From a candidate division TA06 bacterium SM23_40 (GTDB taxonomy: Bacteria; LJUI01; SM1-40): 64,000 nt of DNA. The stretch spans positions 11,320-75,319 of the forward strand of contig LJUI01000001.1 of NCBI GenBank assembly GCA_001303705.1. Reading direction: 5' to 3'. Shown in pieces: positions 45,461 through 55,148 of the stretch. The notes under the pieces are model-generated. The model searched no databases. It saw only the letters and a list, made by a program, of their open reading frames with translations, and was not told the DNA's origin. The position numbers and the translations under genes were made by a program. How positions within the stretch are numbered: the stretch's first letter is position 1; each line of letters begins with the position of its first letter.

Positions 45461-46933
45461 TCATGCTCTGCTTCGGGCGAGAGGGTTTTTCGACTGGCAG
45501 ACCGCCCACACTCTCGAACCGACGGAGCGCAGTTCTCCGTCGCATCGCAACAGCAGAAGTCCGTACACCAATATCAGGATGAGCGACGTGCCTATGGCTC
45601 CAGTCCACGACTGCAATATCGCTGGATACCGTGCCGCTAGTGCCAACCCCATAATGGCGGCGGCACCCGTGCAGCCGGCGGGCAAGCCGAGCCAATGCAG
45701 ATAGTCCGCAGCCTCTATTCCGAGCAATCGATTAGCACGCCAAATGAGCAGCGCCGTGGCAACTACCTGCACTGTTGCGAACAACGCAGCTACGCCGATG
45801 ATGCCTCCGTGGACCGCGGAGTGATAGATGAACCCGATGGTGAGAGCGCCTTTTATCGCATTGATCGTGAGGGAGTCCCTCGGCCGACCCAGGGCATACA
45901 GAACCGTCGCGGCCGGCGCGCCGATCCCGGTCGTGACTCCGTATATGACGAGAATCCTGAGTGCTCCCAGAGCCGGGACCCATTTGCCGCCATAGAGAAG
46001 CACCGCAAATGATGGCCCAAGCCCGGCCAGAGCGGCCGACACCGGCACGACGATTATCGCCAGGTAGCGAATCGTCTGAAGGTAGGTCTGTTTCAATTCG
46101 TTCACGTCCCGCTGAAGCCGAGAGTAGACCGGAAACATGACATTTGACACCACCCGTGTCACCCTCGTCGCCGGCAGATTGGCAACCCGGTACGCGAAAT
46201 CATAGTAACCGAGCGGTTTCACGCCGAGAATCCTGCCTATCGCTGCTCGATCGAATGTCATCAGGAGGAAGATAAGGATATTGTCGAGAAGTGCGATATT
46301 ACCGTATCCCACAAGCCTCCTGGCAGTCTGCCACTTAAATCGAAGCCGCGGCCGGAAGGGAGAAATGAACCAGTAGTGGACTGTCAACAGCGCGTTGCCG
46401 AAGAGAGACCCGACGACGATACTCCATACCCCATACCCGAGCAGGGCGAGGGAGACACAGACGATCCCGTGAGCAAGAGAGGAGATGAGGGGCGGTATCG
46501 AGTTCTTCTTGAAATTCAGATTCTTCTGCAGCATCGTTGCTTGAACGACTCGCAGCGATATTATGATGAACGAGAAGCCGAGCACGCGCAGCACTGCTGT
46601 CAGCTCACTCGTCCCGAAGAACCGGGCGGCAATCGGCGATACCGCCCAGGTGCCGGCGCAGAGCACCACCGCGGTGCCCGTAATCAACGTGAACGCAGTG
46701 TGCGCCGACTCCTCGATCTCCTCCTGGTTGTGGATCAGGGCTGCCCCGAACCCCAGGTCCCTGACCATCCCCATCCAGCCGATCACGAGGGATGCCATCG
46801 CAAAGACACCGAAGTCCTCGGGAGCGAGAAGAGCGGCGAGAAAGAGCGCCGTACAGAACTCGATACCCTGTCTGGCAGAGGTGCTGAACGAAACCCAGAA
46901 AAGACCTCTACGTACCGCAGACTCGACCTTCAT
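45461..46933 (-). CDS. MOP-superfamily polysaccharide flippase (Wzx-like)
   Basis: 490 aa with about 12-14 TM helices. N-terminus VRRGLFWVSFSTSARQGIEFCTALFLAALLAPEDFGVFAMA is typical of lipopolysaccharide/EPS flippases. Confidence 0.8.
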   Translation of the reverse strand: MKVESAVRRGLFWVSFSTSARQGIEFCTALFLAALLAPEDFGVFAMASLVIGWMGMVRDLGFGAALIHNQEEIEESAHTAFTLITGTAVVLCAGTWAVSPIAARFFGTSELTAVLRVLGFSFIIISLRVVQATMLQKNLNFKKNSIPPLISSLAHGIVCVSLALLGYGVWSIVVGSLFGNALLTVHYWFISPFRPRLRFKWQTARRLVGYGNIALLDNILIFLLMTFDRAAIGRILGVKPLGYYDFAYRVANLPATRVTRVVSNVMFPVYSRLQRDVNELKQTYLQTIRYLAIIVVPVSAALAGLGPSFAVLLYGGKWVPALGALRILVIYGVTTGIGAPAATVLYALGRPRDSLTINAIKGALTIGFIYHSAVHGGIIGVAALFATVQVVATALLIWRANRLLGIEAADYLHWLGLPAGCTGAAAIMGLALAARYPAILQSWTGAIGTSLILILVYGLLLLRCDGELRSVGSRVWAVCQSKNPLARSRA

Positions 46934-47003
46934 TAGCCGCCTCGCCGCTCAACTGCGTGCTGTCCAGTTCGTCTGCCTCTATCCCACGTGGAGACGGGAA
47001 CGC

Positions 47004-48905
47004 TCATACCGAGACCGTCTCATTCTGTCGTGCCCTGCGGGAGGGACGAATAGATCCGCCATCTCTGTCAGAGAATACGGCCGCCAGTCGTTTCAAATCG
47101 CGTCTTCTCGCTGCAAGAGTCCTGGGCAACTGCACAAGGTTCCAGCCGAAACCGTAGAGGAGGATCCCCCCATTGACCACGATGTTCGAAGGACGAAGGC
47201 GCCTGTGGTGCGCGAACGTGGCGCTGACGCGCCTCAGCGGATTACAGGCAATGCTCACCAGATCCGCCATCTGGATCGCGATTTCCTTCACCGAGAGGTT
47301 CTTGATCGCGTAGCGGAGCTGGTTTCTCATCGCCAGCCGGCTTCGGGCCAGCCCGCGTTCTCCGCCCCCCTCTGAGAAGTGCCACAACGGCACGTTCACC
47401 CGTATCATCCTGTAGCCCGCGCGCTTTGCCCTCAACTCGAAGTCGTCTTCATCTCCGTAACAGAAGTACGCCTCGTCGAGGAGCCCAACGGCGTGAATGA
47501 CGTCGACCTTTATCAGAAGAGCACAACCGCTGATGTGTTCTGACTCTCTCGTCTCCAATCGATCCCATGATTCCGTCGCTTCATGAAACCGCGAGACATC
47601 CTCCTTACCGTACTCGCCAACCACATGGAACCCTACGATGCCGACTTTCTCATCTTCCTCCGCAGCCTGCACGCCGTAGTACAGCCATCGAGAATCGAAA
47701 AACATGTCGGTATTGACAAGAGCCACATACCGGGCACCGGTTCCGAGGGCATGTCGAATGCCGACGTTGTTACCTCCGGTCCATCCCAGATTCTCTGCAT
47801 TCCGAATGATGATTAGCCGAGGCATCAAGCGAGACGCGAATTCTACCGAGTCATCTTCCGATCCGTTATCGACGAACACGTATTCGGCATTTGAATAGCG
47901 CGTCTTGCTGAGCGACGGGAGGGAGTAGGCCAGGTGTCGATGACCGTTCCAGTTCACCATGATTACACAGACTTTCGGGTACTCTGCCAGCTGATGTGGA
48001 GCCCGCAGAGCACCTGGCGATCTGTCGCGGACCCGGGGCGATGGATTCTGGCAGACCGCCAGAAGATCGAGTGCCGAATCGATATTCTCCGGCGATACCC
48101 AGAAGTCGGCCGTCGTAATGAACGCCTTGCGGCAGAGCATGCCGAGCCGGGCCACCGCGGCGGCCGCATTCACGAGACTCTCTTTCACGCCTTCCGGAAT
48201 CAGCCGGCGCATCCCCCAGAAATCATATCGGGCCATCCGGGTCCGCGTCCGAGACCTCCGCCGCCGAGGAGAATCTGCGACGAATTCCAGGTCGCGGACC
48301 CTCTGGCTGGCCTGAACGCCGAGGATCTCAACGTCAGTGAACCGCTCACAGAGGAGTTCATGAAGCTCCGGTGCCTCGAACTCCCTGACGTGGCACTCTA
48401 CACAGCAAGTCCCCTGACGTGGGGAATAGAGTCTCTTGTTCAGCGTAGAGACAATGAACGTTCCGCCCGGTTCCAGGACCCGAGCAACCTCCTCTAGATA
48501 GCGCCTGGGGTGCTCCAGGTGCTCTATCGTCTGAAAGGAGACGACCATCTTGAATACTCCACTACGCAACCCGAGGTGCTGTGCGTCCATGGCGGCAAAT
48601 GATGCGCCATCTCCTCCGTAGGTGCCCTCCGCCCGAGCTACTGCGGCAGAAGAGATGTCGACTCCGACAACCACAGCTCCGCCCCTGGCGAGCAGTGATG
48701 AACCGTACCCTTCGCCACTTCCCAGATCGAGCACTCGCATCCCAGCCCGCAGTCGAGACGAAACGAACTCATATGCAAACAGATGCTTGCAGAACTCATG
48801 TCGGGAACCAAGGTGATCGGGGATTGCCCGCTCCCCGTTGAAAACGAGAGAAGACTGTGCGTGCGCCATGATCACCCCGCATCGACGTCGGACTGTCACT
48901 CTCAC
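47004..48905 (-). CDS. fusion protein: class I SAM-dependent methyltransferase + GT2 glycosyltransferase
   Basis: Methyltransferase motif I VLDLGSGEGYGSSLLARGG...VVGVD. GT2 part VCVIMVNWNGHRHLAYSL...YVFVDNGSEDDS...ALVNTDM. Confidence 0.85.
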   Translation of the reverse strand: MRVTVRRRCGVIMAHAQSSLVFNGERAIPDHLGSRHEFCKHLFAYEFVSSRLRAGMRVLDLGSGEGYGSSLLARGGAVVVGVDISSAAVARAEGTYGGDGASFAAMDAQHLGLRSGVFKMVVSFQTIEHLEHPRRYLEEVARVLEPGGTFIVSTLNKRLYSPRQGTCCVECHVREFEAPELHELLCERFTDVEILGVQASQRVRDLEFVADSPRRRRSRTRTRMARYDFWGMRRLIPEGVKESLVNAAAAVARLGMLCRKAFITTADFWVSPENIDSALDLLAVCQNPSPRVRDRSPGALRAPHQLAEYPKVCVIMVNWNGHRHLAYSLPSLSKTRYSNAEYVFVDNGSEDDSVEFASRLMPRLIIIRNAENLGWTGGNNVGIRHALGTGARYVALVNTDMFFDSRWLYYGVQAAEEDEKVGIVGFHVVGEYGKEDVSRFHEATESWDRLETRESEHISGCALLIKVDVIHAVGLLDEAYFCYGDEDDFELRAKRAGYRMIRVNVPLWHFSEGGGERGLARSRLAMRNQLRYAIKNLSVKEIAIQMADLVSIACNPLRRVSATFAHHRRLRPSNIVVNGGILLYGFGWNLVQLPRTLAARRRDLKRLAAVFSDRDGGSIRPSRRARQNETVSV

Positions 48906-48977
48906 TGCCTACGAGCACCAGCGCCCCCTCCGCGACCCCGACCGACCGACTCCCGGGCCGTCAGGTACATGTGAGGA

Positions 48978-50354
48978 TTAAGAACGTCTTGCGGCCAGAA
49001 GATCGAATTCGACCAGATAGCGCCCCACGATCTCTCCCAGTAGGCGATGGCCAGCCGAGTTCAGATGCCAATCGGTCTTGTAGTACAGGCGTCCGCCGGA
49101 CGTCGCTCGATGGTCTCTAAACTCCGGCAGGGGATCTATGACCGAGATGCCGGCTCGCTCAGCCATTGGCCGAATCTGAGATGAGACCACATCATCGAAG
49201 CGGAGGTCGGGTCTCTCGAGGCTCAGTATATGAGCGACCCTTGCTGTTCTTTCCTGATCGTCGTCCGGCTCGACTTGCTGCTTCGTCGGCAGCAGAACCA
49301 GGAGACACTCCGCTCCCACCGTCCCCACCTCATCTCCAAGCCAATCCAGGACCCTGTCGCACTTCCTGAATGCAGCTGCGATCTCATCTGGCCGCGTCCT
49401 GGCGAGATGGGCCTGAGTAAGACTCTGACCCATGCCCTCCGGTGAGATTGCCTCTGCGGCCTGACGTGCATTCACGGTGGCCTTTTCAGGGTCTGCCAGA
49501 CCGAGCGTGGCCAGCACTGGACCAAGAGGCGACCGCTTTACCCAGTCTCTCATCAGTCGATAGCTCACCAGGTGCCGCTCGAGAAAGAATTTGGCAGCAA
49601 GGACCATTCCCCTGTCGTTTCCTGTCGGCGGAAGGGACGGCTGAATAGGATAGTCAGCCAGCACGAACTCGTTTCCTGCCGCCTCCTCGAGATGCGGAAC
49701 GGTCTCACTGAGCAGATTGACAATGTCGTTTCCCACATAGAAGACGACTATCACTATGTCGGGACGGTACAGGATCCCATACTGACGGAGCCAGAGGAGT
49801 TGTTGGAGGGGTCCATAGGTGGCGACTGCCGCGTTCAGCACCTGTACTCTGGGTCTTGTGCCGTGCTCGATGTTCGATCTGAAGAATTCCTCCAGGCGAG
49901 CTGCGAATAGTTCCTCGTTGTTGACTACACCATCCATGTGAGAGTCGCCCAGCACCAATAGCCGCAGACATCCTTCTGGCTTCTCGTAGTAGCTATCACC
50001 GTCCTGCCGCAGACCCTGGTTATTCGTCCTGAAACAGACGCGCTTCTGCTCGTGTTCGGGAAACGAGATGGAGACGTTTACGTCGGGATTGTGTTCAACG
50101 CCCAGCGAGGGGCTCGGCCGCATCAGCGTCTCCCACAGCGGCGGCTCTGTCTGACTTCGAATCCCCATCCAGACACGCAGACCGACCTCTACAAATGTCA
50201 GACCGAACGCGCATGTGAAAATCAGGACGACGAGGTTTCCCGAAAGAGCCGAGAATCGACTCGCCCTTTCTGCCCGCACCCTGCCGCCTCGACCCATGGG
50301 ATCCGCGCTCTCCAATCGCTCCTTGGCGAATGCAACTACTCCCTGCTCGTTCAA
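48978..50354 (-). CDS. SGNH/GDSL-type hydrolase (possible polysaccharide O-acyl esterase/transferase), N-terminal membrane anchor
   Basis: TM LVVLIFTCAFGLTFVEVGL. Block I LRLLVLGDSHMDG. Late DWHLNSAGH (block V-like DxxH). Confidence 0.65.
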   Translation of the reverse strand: MNEQGVVAFAKERLESADPMGRGGRVRAERASRFSALSGNLVVLIFTCAFGLTFVEVGLRVWMGIRSQTEPPLWETLMRPSPSLGVEHNPDVNVSISFPEHEQKRVCFRTNNQGLRQDGDSYYEKPEGCLRLLVLGDSHMDGVVNNEELFAARLEEFFRSNIEHGTRPRVQVLNAAVATYGPLQQLLWLRQYGILYRPDIVIVVFYVGNDIVNLLSETVPHLEEAAGNEFVLADYPIQPSLPPTGNDRGMVLAAKFFLERHLVSYRLMRDWVKRSPLGPVLATLGLADPEKATVNARQAAEAISPEGMGQSLTQAHLARTRPDEIAAAFRKCDRVLDWLGDEVGTVGAECLLVLLPTKQQVEPDDDQERTARVAHILSLERPDLRFDDVVSSQIRPMAERAGISVIDPLPEFRDHRATSGGRLYYKTDWHLNSAGHRLLGEIVGRYLVEFDLLAARRS

Positions 50355-52045
50355 CTCTGTCGATCCCCCGACTCCACGATGAGATGCAGTGAACAGATCA
50401 TTCCGACGATCAGCCAGAACATCATGCCGCCATCAATCACTCTTCTCAGATCCCACGTGCGCATATGAAGGGAAGCAGCTCCTCCTATCATGCCCACTGT
50501 CAGGAAGCCGACGAAACTCCAGAGGTACCCCACAGTGAGACTCCGCGCTCTCCGATCCACCGCCGTACGGAGAGTCCGAACACTCTTCTTGAGCACGACC
50601 GCGATGAGGCCGATCCAGGCGATGAGCAGAGGCACCCCCCCTGTCGCTGCCTGATGGAGGAGGATGTGATGGGCCGAATTTACATAGAGCCGCATTTTCC
50701 CCCACCAGAAGATCCGCTCGGTGTACAAGGTGTAGTACCTGTCCCACATCCCCTCCCCAATGCCGGTCAGTGGGTAGTCGCGCAGGATCTTGAGCGCCAC
50801 TTTCCAGGCATCGATCCGCGGCACCTGGCCCGCGACGACAGTGCTCCATGATTGCCAGCCCTGAAACCGCGAGAACAGGTTCGGCTGCACTGTGAATCCG
50901 ATGATCAACACCGCCACGATGAGTCCCGACGTACAACAGAGAATCGGCAGACGCCGTGTGCGGTGAAGCGCGATGAAAGGGAGGGTTGTCAGCATCGGGA
51001 GTACTGTCGAACGCACCTGGGATGAGACGATTGCCGCGCCACAGAAGACAGCTCCCAAGGAGGCGAGAACAAGTGAACGCCGAACCTTCGCTATGGCGAC
51101 GAGAGATATAGCCAGCGGCATCACGAAGATTCCCATGCAGCCGATAAGCCCCACGTGGTCGATCACACGGTAGATCTGCACGGAGTTGAGGATGGCAGCC
51201 TGTGACATGTCAAACTGTTGGACTTGCAGGTAGAAGTAGTAGACGATACCGATTCTGAGTATCCCGTAACAGACTATTCCCCATGTCACCATCACGGCTT
51301 CCCTCGCCGACCGTACCCGGCTCGCGACGATCACAAAAAAGAGCGGGAAACAGAATATCTCGAGAGACGCCTCCTGCAGACTCATGAGGGGGTCGACCGC
51401 GGCAAGGGAAGAGAGCAACACGAGAAAGATCCACGCCCCGACGTACGGACCGATTCCCGCGAGGCTGATGCTCCCTCGCCCGACGATGACAGGAGCCAGC
51501 GAGAAGAGGAAAAACATCCACACCGCGATCACGGTCGGCGAGATGAGAAATGGTCCCACCAAGCCGCCCGCGAACCACGCTGCGCGGAAGTCCCATTCCA
51601 GAAATGCGAGAAAGGGGAGAACGAGAAGCAGGGCGACCAGACCTTCGGGCCCTGGGCGCCTGACCGTCAGAACGCAGGCAATTGTGAATCCTGTCACGAC
51701 GATCAGTCCGGCCAGCGAATATGTGAGGCCCACGATCTGGCCGACAAGGATGAGAGGCAGGCAAGCCGAAGCCAGTGCAGCCCCCAGAGCCACATCTCCG
51801 AGAGTGCCGCGATCGCGAAGATCCAGCCCGGACAGAAATTGGCGGATATCGACGACTGCGACGACGAACGCAACGCACAACACCGCCAGACTGGGCAGCA
51901 AGATCTTGACGAATCCCCCCAAGGTGCAGCCTTCGGCTGCCTGGCACACCGCCCGCCCGACGGCGGCTGCCCCGTACAGGAGGAGTCCATAGGCGACCCA
52001 TCGACGAGCTGGTTCCTGCCTCCACTCCCTGCTCATAGAGATCAT
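50351..52045 (-). CDS. O-antigen polymerase/ligase-like polytopic membrane protein (Wzy-like)
   Basis: 564 aa with more than 10 hydrophobic helices. Located between the flippase and chain-length/export genes. 4-nt overlaps on both sides. No catalytic motif confirmed by eye. Confidence 0.6.
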   Translation of the reverse strand: MISMSREWRQEPARRWVAYGLLLYGAAAVGRAVCQAAEGCTLGGFVKILLPSLAVLCVAFVVAVVDIRQFLSGLDLRDRGTLGDVALGAALASACLPLILVGQIVGLTYSLAGLIVVTGFTIACVLTVRRPGPEGLVALLLVLPFLAFLEWDFRAAWFAGGLVGPFLISPTVIAVWMFFLFSLAPVIVGRGSISLAGIGPYVGAWIFLVLLSSLAAVDPLMSLQEASLEIFCFPLFFVIVASRVRSAREAVMVTWGIVCYGILRIGIVYYFYLQVQQFDMSQAAILNSVQIYRVIDHVGLIGCMGIFVMPLAISLVAIAKVRRSLVLASLGAVFCGAAIVSSQVRSTVLPMLTTLPFIALHRTRRLPILCCTSGLIVAVLIIGFTVQPNLFSRFQGWQSWSTVVAGQVPRIDAWKVALKILRDYPLTGIGEGMWDRYYTLYTERIFWWGKMRLYVNSAHHILLHQAATGGVPLLIAWIGLIAVVLKKSVRTLRTAVDRRARSLTVGYLWSFVGFLTVGMIGGAASLHMRTWDLRRVIDGGMMFWLIVGMICSLHLIVESGDRQS

Positions 52046-53175
52046 CGTCGCCTCAATTTCGACTCTTTCTTGAAACCCTTGAAAACATCTGCGGGCGACC
52101 GAGGGCCTTCTTCTCCGGCCTCAGCGCTCTTCGTCTCCTCCTTGACTCCGCGGGCCGCAGGCGAAGCGGAAGTGACACCAGCTTGACCCGCCTTGCGTCC
52201 ATACTCATGAGACAGACGTTCGATTGATTCTTTGAGCCCGGCCCGTCTCCTGAGCAACACTTCCTGGTGGTGCCGTTCGTCCTCGAGACGACGCCTCAGC
52301 TCTTCGCTCTCCTGTTTGAGCTTTTCAACATTCGCTGTGAGTTTCTGATACTCCTCGGTTCGAGCCTCTGTCTCCTGTACAAGGCGCTCCTGCTGGGCAG
52401 TAATCTGTTTCGTCCTCTTCTCCGCCTCTGCCAATTCCTTAGTGAGCTGCTCGAGCGTGGCCTTCTCCTGCGCAGCCTTCTCCCTCAGAGAGGACTCCTC
52501 CTTCTTCGTCTTCGCCAGACTGGCTTTACACGTCTCTTCCTCCTGTTTGAGCTTCCCTATCGTTTCCGAGAGTTCCCCTTCTCTTCCGGATTCGATCGCC
52601 GTTCGTATCTCCTGCACGGTCCTCGCTACGACGCCTCCCACCAAGAATGACACCCCCACAACTCCCAGAATCGCTGCGACCATCCAGACCACCGGCAACA
52701 GGCCGAGTACGTGGCTCTTCACCACCTCATCTACTGCCTCGACCTCGCGCGAAGAGAGTCCTATGCGTACAAGTCCGATTACCTCCCCACCCAACTCTAT
52801 CGGGATCCGTGCCTCAAGTATCTCCTCGGGGCCGTCTCCGCCCGATTCATCGCCGGCCTTCTGGACTGCATGATACGCTCGTTTCGCTCCATGTTCATCC
52901 TCGATACCGATGTACCGAATTGCAGGATCATCGTGCAGCGCCGCGCCAACGACGAGATCAAGCGTTACATCATCACCAAGGATGAGCGGGTCTATCGAGA
53001 GCCGGGCAACGCCCCCTCCGACCAGACTCCCCCTCCTCAGCACCTCATCCCTGGCGCGAGACTCGACGATCTCCGTCGCTCCCTTCCAGGCCACTACGAG
53101 GCCGCTACACACGACCACTGCGGTCCAGAGCATGAAGGGGATCGCGAATTGAATGCGGAATCGTGACGTAATCAT
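52042..53175 (-). CDS. bitopic membrane protein: kinase-type periplasmic sensor-like domain + long cytoplasmic coiled coil, no output domain
   Basis: TM1 AIPFMLWTAVVVCSGLVVAW, ~130-aa extracytoplasmic segment ending VIGLVRIGLSSREV, TM2 LLPVVWMVAAILGVVGVSFLVGGVV. Then ~150 aa of K/E/Q-rich heptad-like sequence (KLKQEEETCKASLAKTKKEESSLREKAAQEKATLEQLTKELAEAEKRTKQI...). Confidence 0.6.
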   Translation of the reverse strand: MITSRFRIQFAIPFMLWTAVVVCSGLVVAWKGATEIVESRARDEVLRRGSLVGGGVARLSIDPLILGDDVTLDLVVGAALHDDPAIRYIGIEDEHGAKRAYHAVQKAGDESGGDGPEEILEARIPIELGGEVIGLVRIGLSSREVEAVDEVVKSHVLGLLPVVWMVAAILGVVGVSFLVGGVVARTVQEIRTAIESGREGELSETIGKLKQEEETCKASLAKTKKEESSLREKAAQEKATLEQLTKELAEAEKRTKQITAQQERLVQETEARTEEYQKLTANVEKLKQESEELRRRLEDERHHQEVLLRRRAGLKESIERLSHEYGRKAGQAGVTSASPAARGVKEETKSAEAGEEGPRSPADVFKGFKKESKLRRR

Positions 53176-53206
53176 TCGTTCTCACCTGACCTTGTCGGAG
53201 GGTGCA

Positions 53207-55102
53207 TCAGTTCTTAGTCTTCAGCCTCTGCAGCCTCGCCTCTGTTCGTGCCAGATAGCTCTTCGCCCCGGCATGGCCTGGATCGGCCTGGAGTACCTGC
53301 CGAAAACAACTGGCTGCACGCTGATACTGCTCCTCAGTGAAGGCCCGTACACCCTGTGTGTACAGAGTACGGACCTGGCTGCTCGACAGAGCTGTCTGAT
53401 CGCCCTTCCCCGCCCCGGTCTGCCCTCCCGCTCCGCTGGAGGGAGCAGCCGCCCGCGCCCCCTGGCCCGCCCCGGCGGCTCCTCGACTCCGAGGCGGAGG
53501 CGCAGTCCTGCGCTGTTCGATCGTCACCAGTCTCTGGTGTGCCTCGAGGTTCTCGGGGTCGAGCTGCAGCACCATCCTCCAGGCGGCCGCCGCTTGGCTC
53601 CAACGTCCCGTGCTCTCATAGCTATTTGCATCCGCGCGGTGGACAGCGATCTGGCTTCGGATAGCCGCTTCGGTCTGCGCCAGGAGCCTCTGAACCTCCA
53701 CGTTGTCAGGAGCCAGGTTCACGGCCCGCTGGAGAAGACTCGCTGCCTCGTACAGCTCCCCCCTCTGCGACAATTCCTGTGCCTGTGCGAATAGCTGAGA
53801 GACCGTCGCGTACCGGGCCTCGGCCCGCTCAGTACTGACAGCCCGCTCCCTGCTGCGCAGACGTACGCTCACTGCGAGATGACCACCGCGAGCTACCGTG
53901 ATCTTGCCAGCTCTCCAGAGGTAGTCATCGGCGGCGATCACCATCTTCCATGATCCCTCGGGAACCTCGACGACAAACCTCCCGGTCGATGGATCAGTCG
54001 AGACGCTCGGGATATCAGTATCCGGAAAGGAAATCGATGCCTCGAGGGGGACCCCGCTCTCGGTGTCTGATACCTGCCCGGTCACGACGCCGTATGGAGG
54101 CGGCGGTGGGTACCAGGCGGGAAATGCGACGGACACCGCCCCGACAGCATTCCACGGCGGGACGAGCTTGTCGCCGACCTCGTACCCAGGGCCGAATCCT
54201 TCAGGACTGACATCCCACTGATCGAGTTCCTGCGACAGCCCGATATCAACCCCGAGCGTGAGGTCGGCCCCGACCGGAGTGGAGAAACGGACTCCTGGCG
54301 TCAACCGTATAGGGGCCATCGACGCATATATGAGGTAATTGTGGACCGGTTGATCGCTCGATATCTCGACGAACGGACTGAATGCTCCCAGATCCCACTC
54401 TCCCGCCATACCCAGTAGGAGAAGGTTGTTCCACGTGGTAGGTCTGGTTGGGAGCTCAAGGAAGTTCGCCAGATAGCGTGCGTTGAAATGCGTCTTGAGG
54501 GGAATTCCTCCATCGGATCGTGCGAAGTCGTATGTCGCAAGCAACCCTCCGCCCACCTGAAGGGCGTCGTTGCTGAACGGGGAAGTCTTTGTGTCGTCTA
54601 CTGGTTTCGCTTCGGCTCCAACAGGCGCTAAGGCAAACAGGTTAGCGGCAACATGCAGTCCGGCCCCAAAGGTCCTGCCCGCCGTCAGGCCGATCGCCAG
54701 ATCGCCCTGGCCGAACTCACCTTGTGCGTCTGGCCGATCGTCCATATAGTATCGCAGGGGCAGCGAAAGGGAGGCCTCCCAGCCCGTCACCAGTCCACAG
54801 GCGATGCTGGCGGTGCCTCGTCCCTCCGACTGTGTGTACTCCGTTCCTGTCGGAACCTTCTGAGAGTACCACTCTCCGGTAATGCTGGTCCACATCCGGC
54901 CCGGCGGCAGGATCTCACCGGTCATTACCCGGACTACACCAGGACGCTCTTTGACACCTGCTACAGTCCCGGTTGCCCACCAGACAAGCATCACGACGAG
55001 CAACAGACAGACAATCAACGCTCGTCGCTCCCTCCCCTGGGACACCCGAGGTCGCTCTCCTCCCGGATCCATTGTCTCCATCGTACTCCCCTTTCGGCGC
55101 AT
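53207..55102 (-). CDS. putative outer-membrane protein: beta-barrel-like N-terminal half + CarboxypepD_reg-like domain + C-terminal TPR repeats
   Basis: Signal/anchor ALIVCLLLVVMLVWWATG. ~300 aa of alternating beta-like segments. VVTGQVSDTESGVPLEASISF...GRFVVEVPEGSWKMVIAADDY (carboxypeptidase-regulatory-like). TPR-like YEAASLLQRAVNLAPDN, AAAWRMVLQLDPEN, QRAASCFRQVLQADPGH. Confidence 0.6.
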   Translation of the reverse strand: MRRKGSTMETMDPGGERPRVSQGRERRALIVCLLLVVMLVWWATGTVAGVKERPGVVRVMTGEILPPGRMWTSITGEWYSQKVPTGTEYTQSEGRGTASIACGLVTGWEASLSLPLRYYMDDRPDAQGEFGQGDLAIGLTAGRTFGAGLHVAANLFALAPVGAEAKPVDDTKTSPFSNDALQVGGGLLATYDFARSDGGIPLKTHFNARYLANFLELPTRPTTWNNLLLLGMAGEWDLGAFSPFVEISSDQPVHNYLIYASMAPIRLTPGVRFSTPVGADLTLGVDIGLSQELDQWDVSPEGFGPGYEVGDKLVPPWNAVGAVSVAFPAWYPPPPPYGVVTGQVSDTESGVPLEASISFPDTDIPSVSTDPSTGRFVVEVPEGSWKMVIAADDYLWRAGKITVARGGHLAVSVRLRSRERAVSTERAEARYATVSQLFAQAQELSQRGELYEAASLLQRAVNLAPDNVEVQRLLAQTEAAIRSQIAVHRADANSYESTGRWSQAAAAWRMVLQLDPENLEAHQRLVTIEQRRTAPPPRSRGAAGAGQGARAAAPSSGAGGQTGAGKGDQTALSSSQVRTLYTQGVRAFTEEQYQRAASCFRQVLQADPGHAGAKSYLARTEARLQRLKTKN

Positions 55103-55148
55103 ACGGCTGGTTCCACGGTGCCGCGTTCCCGCGAGTCTCTTGCGGCAC

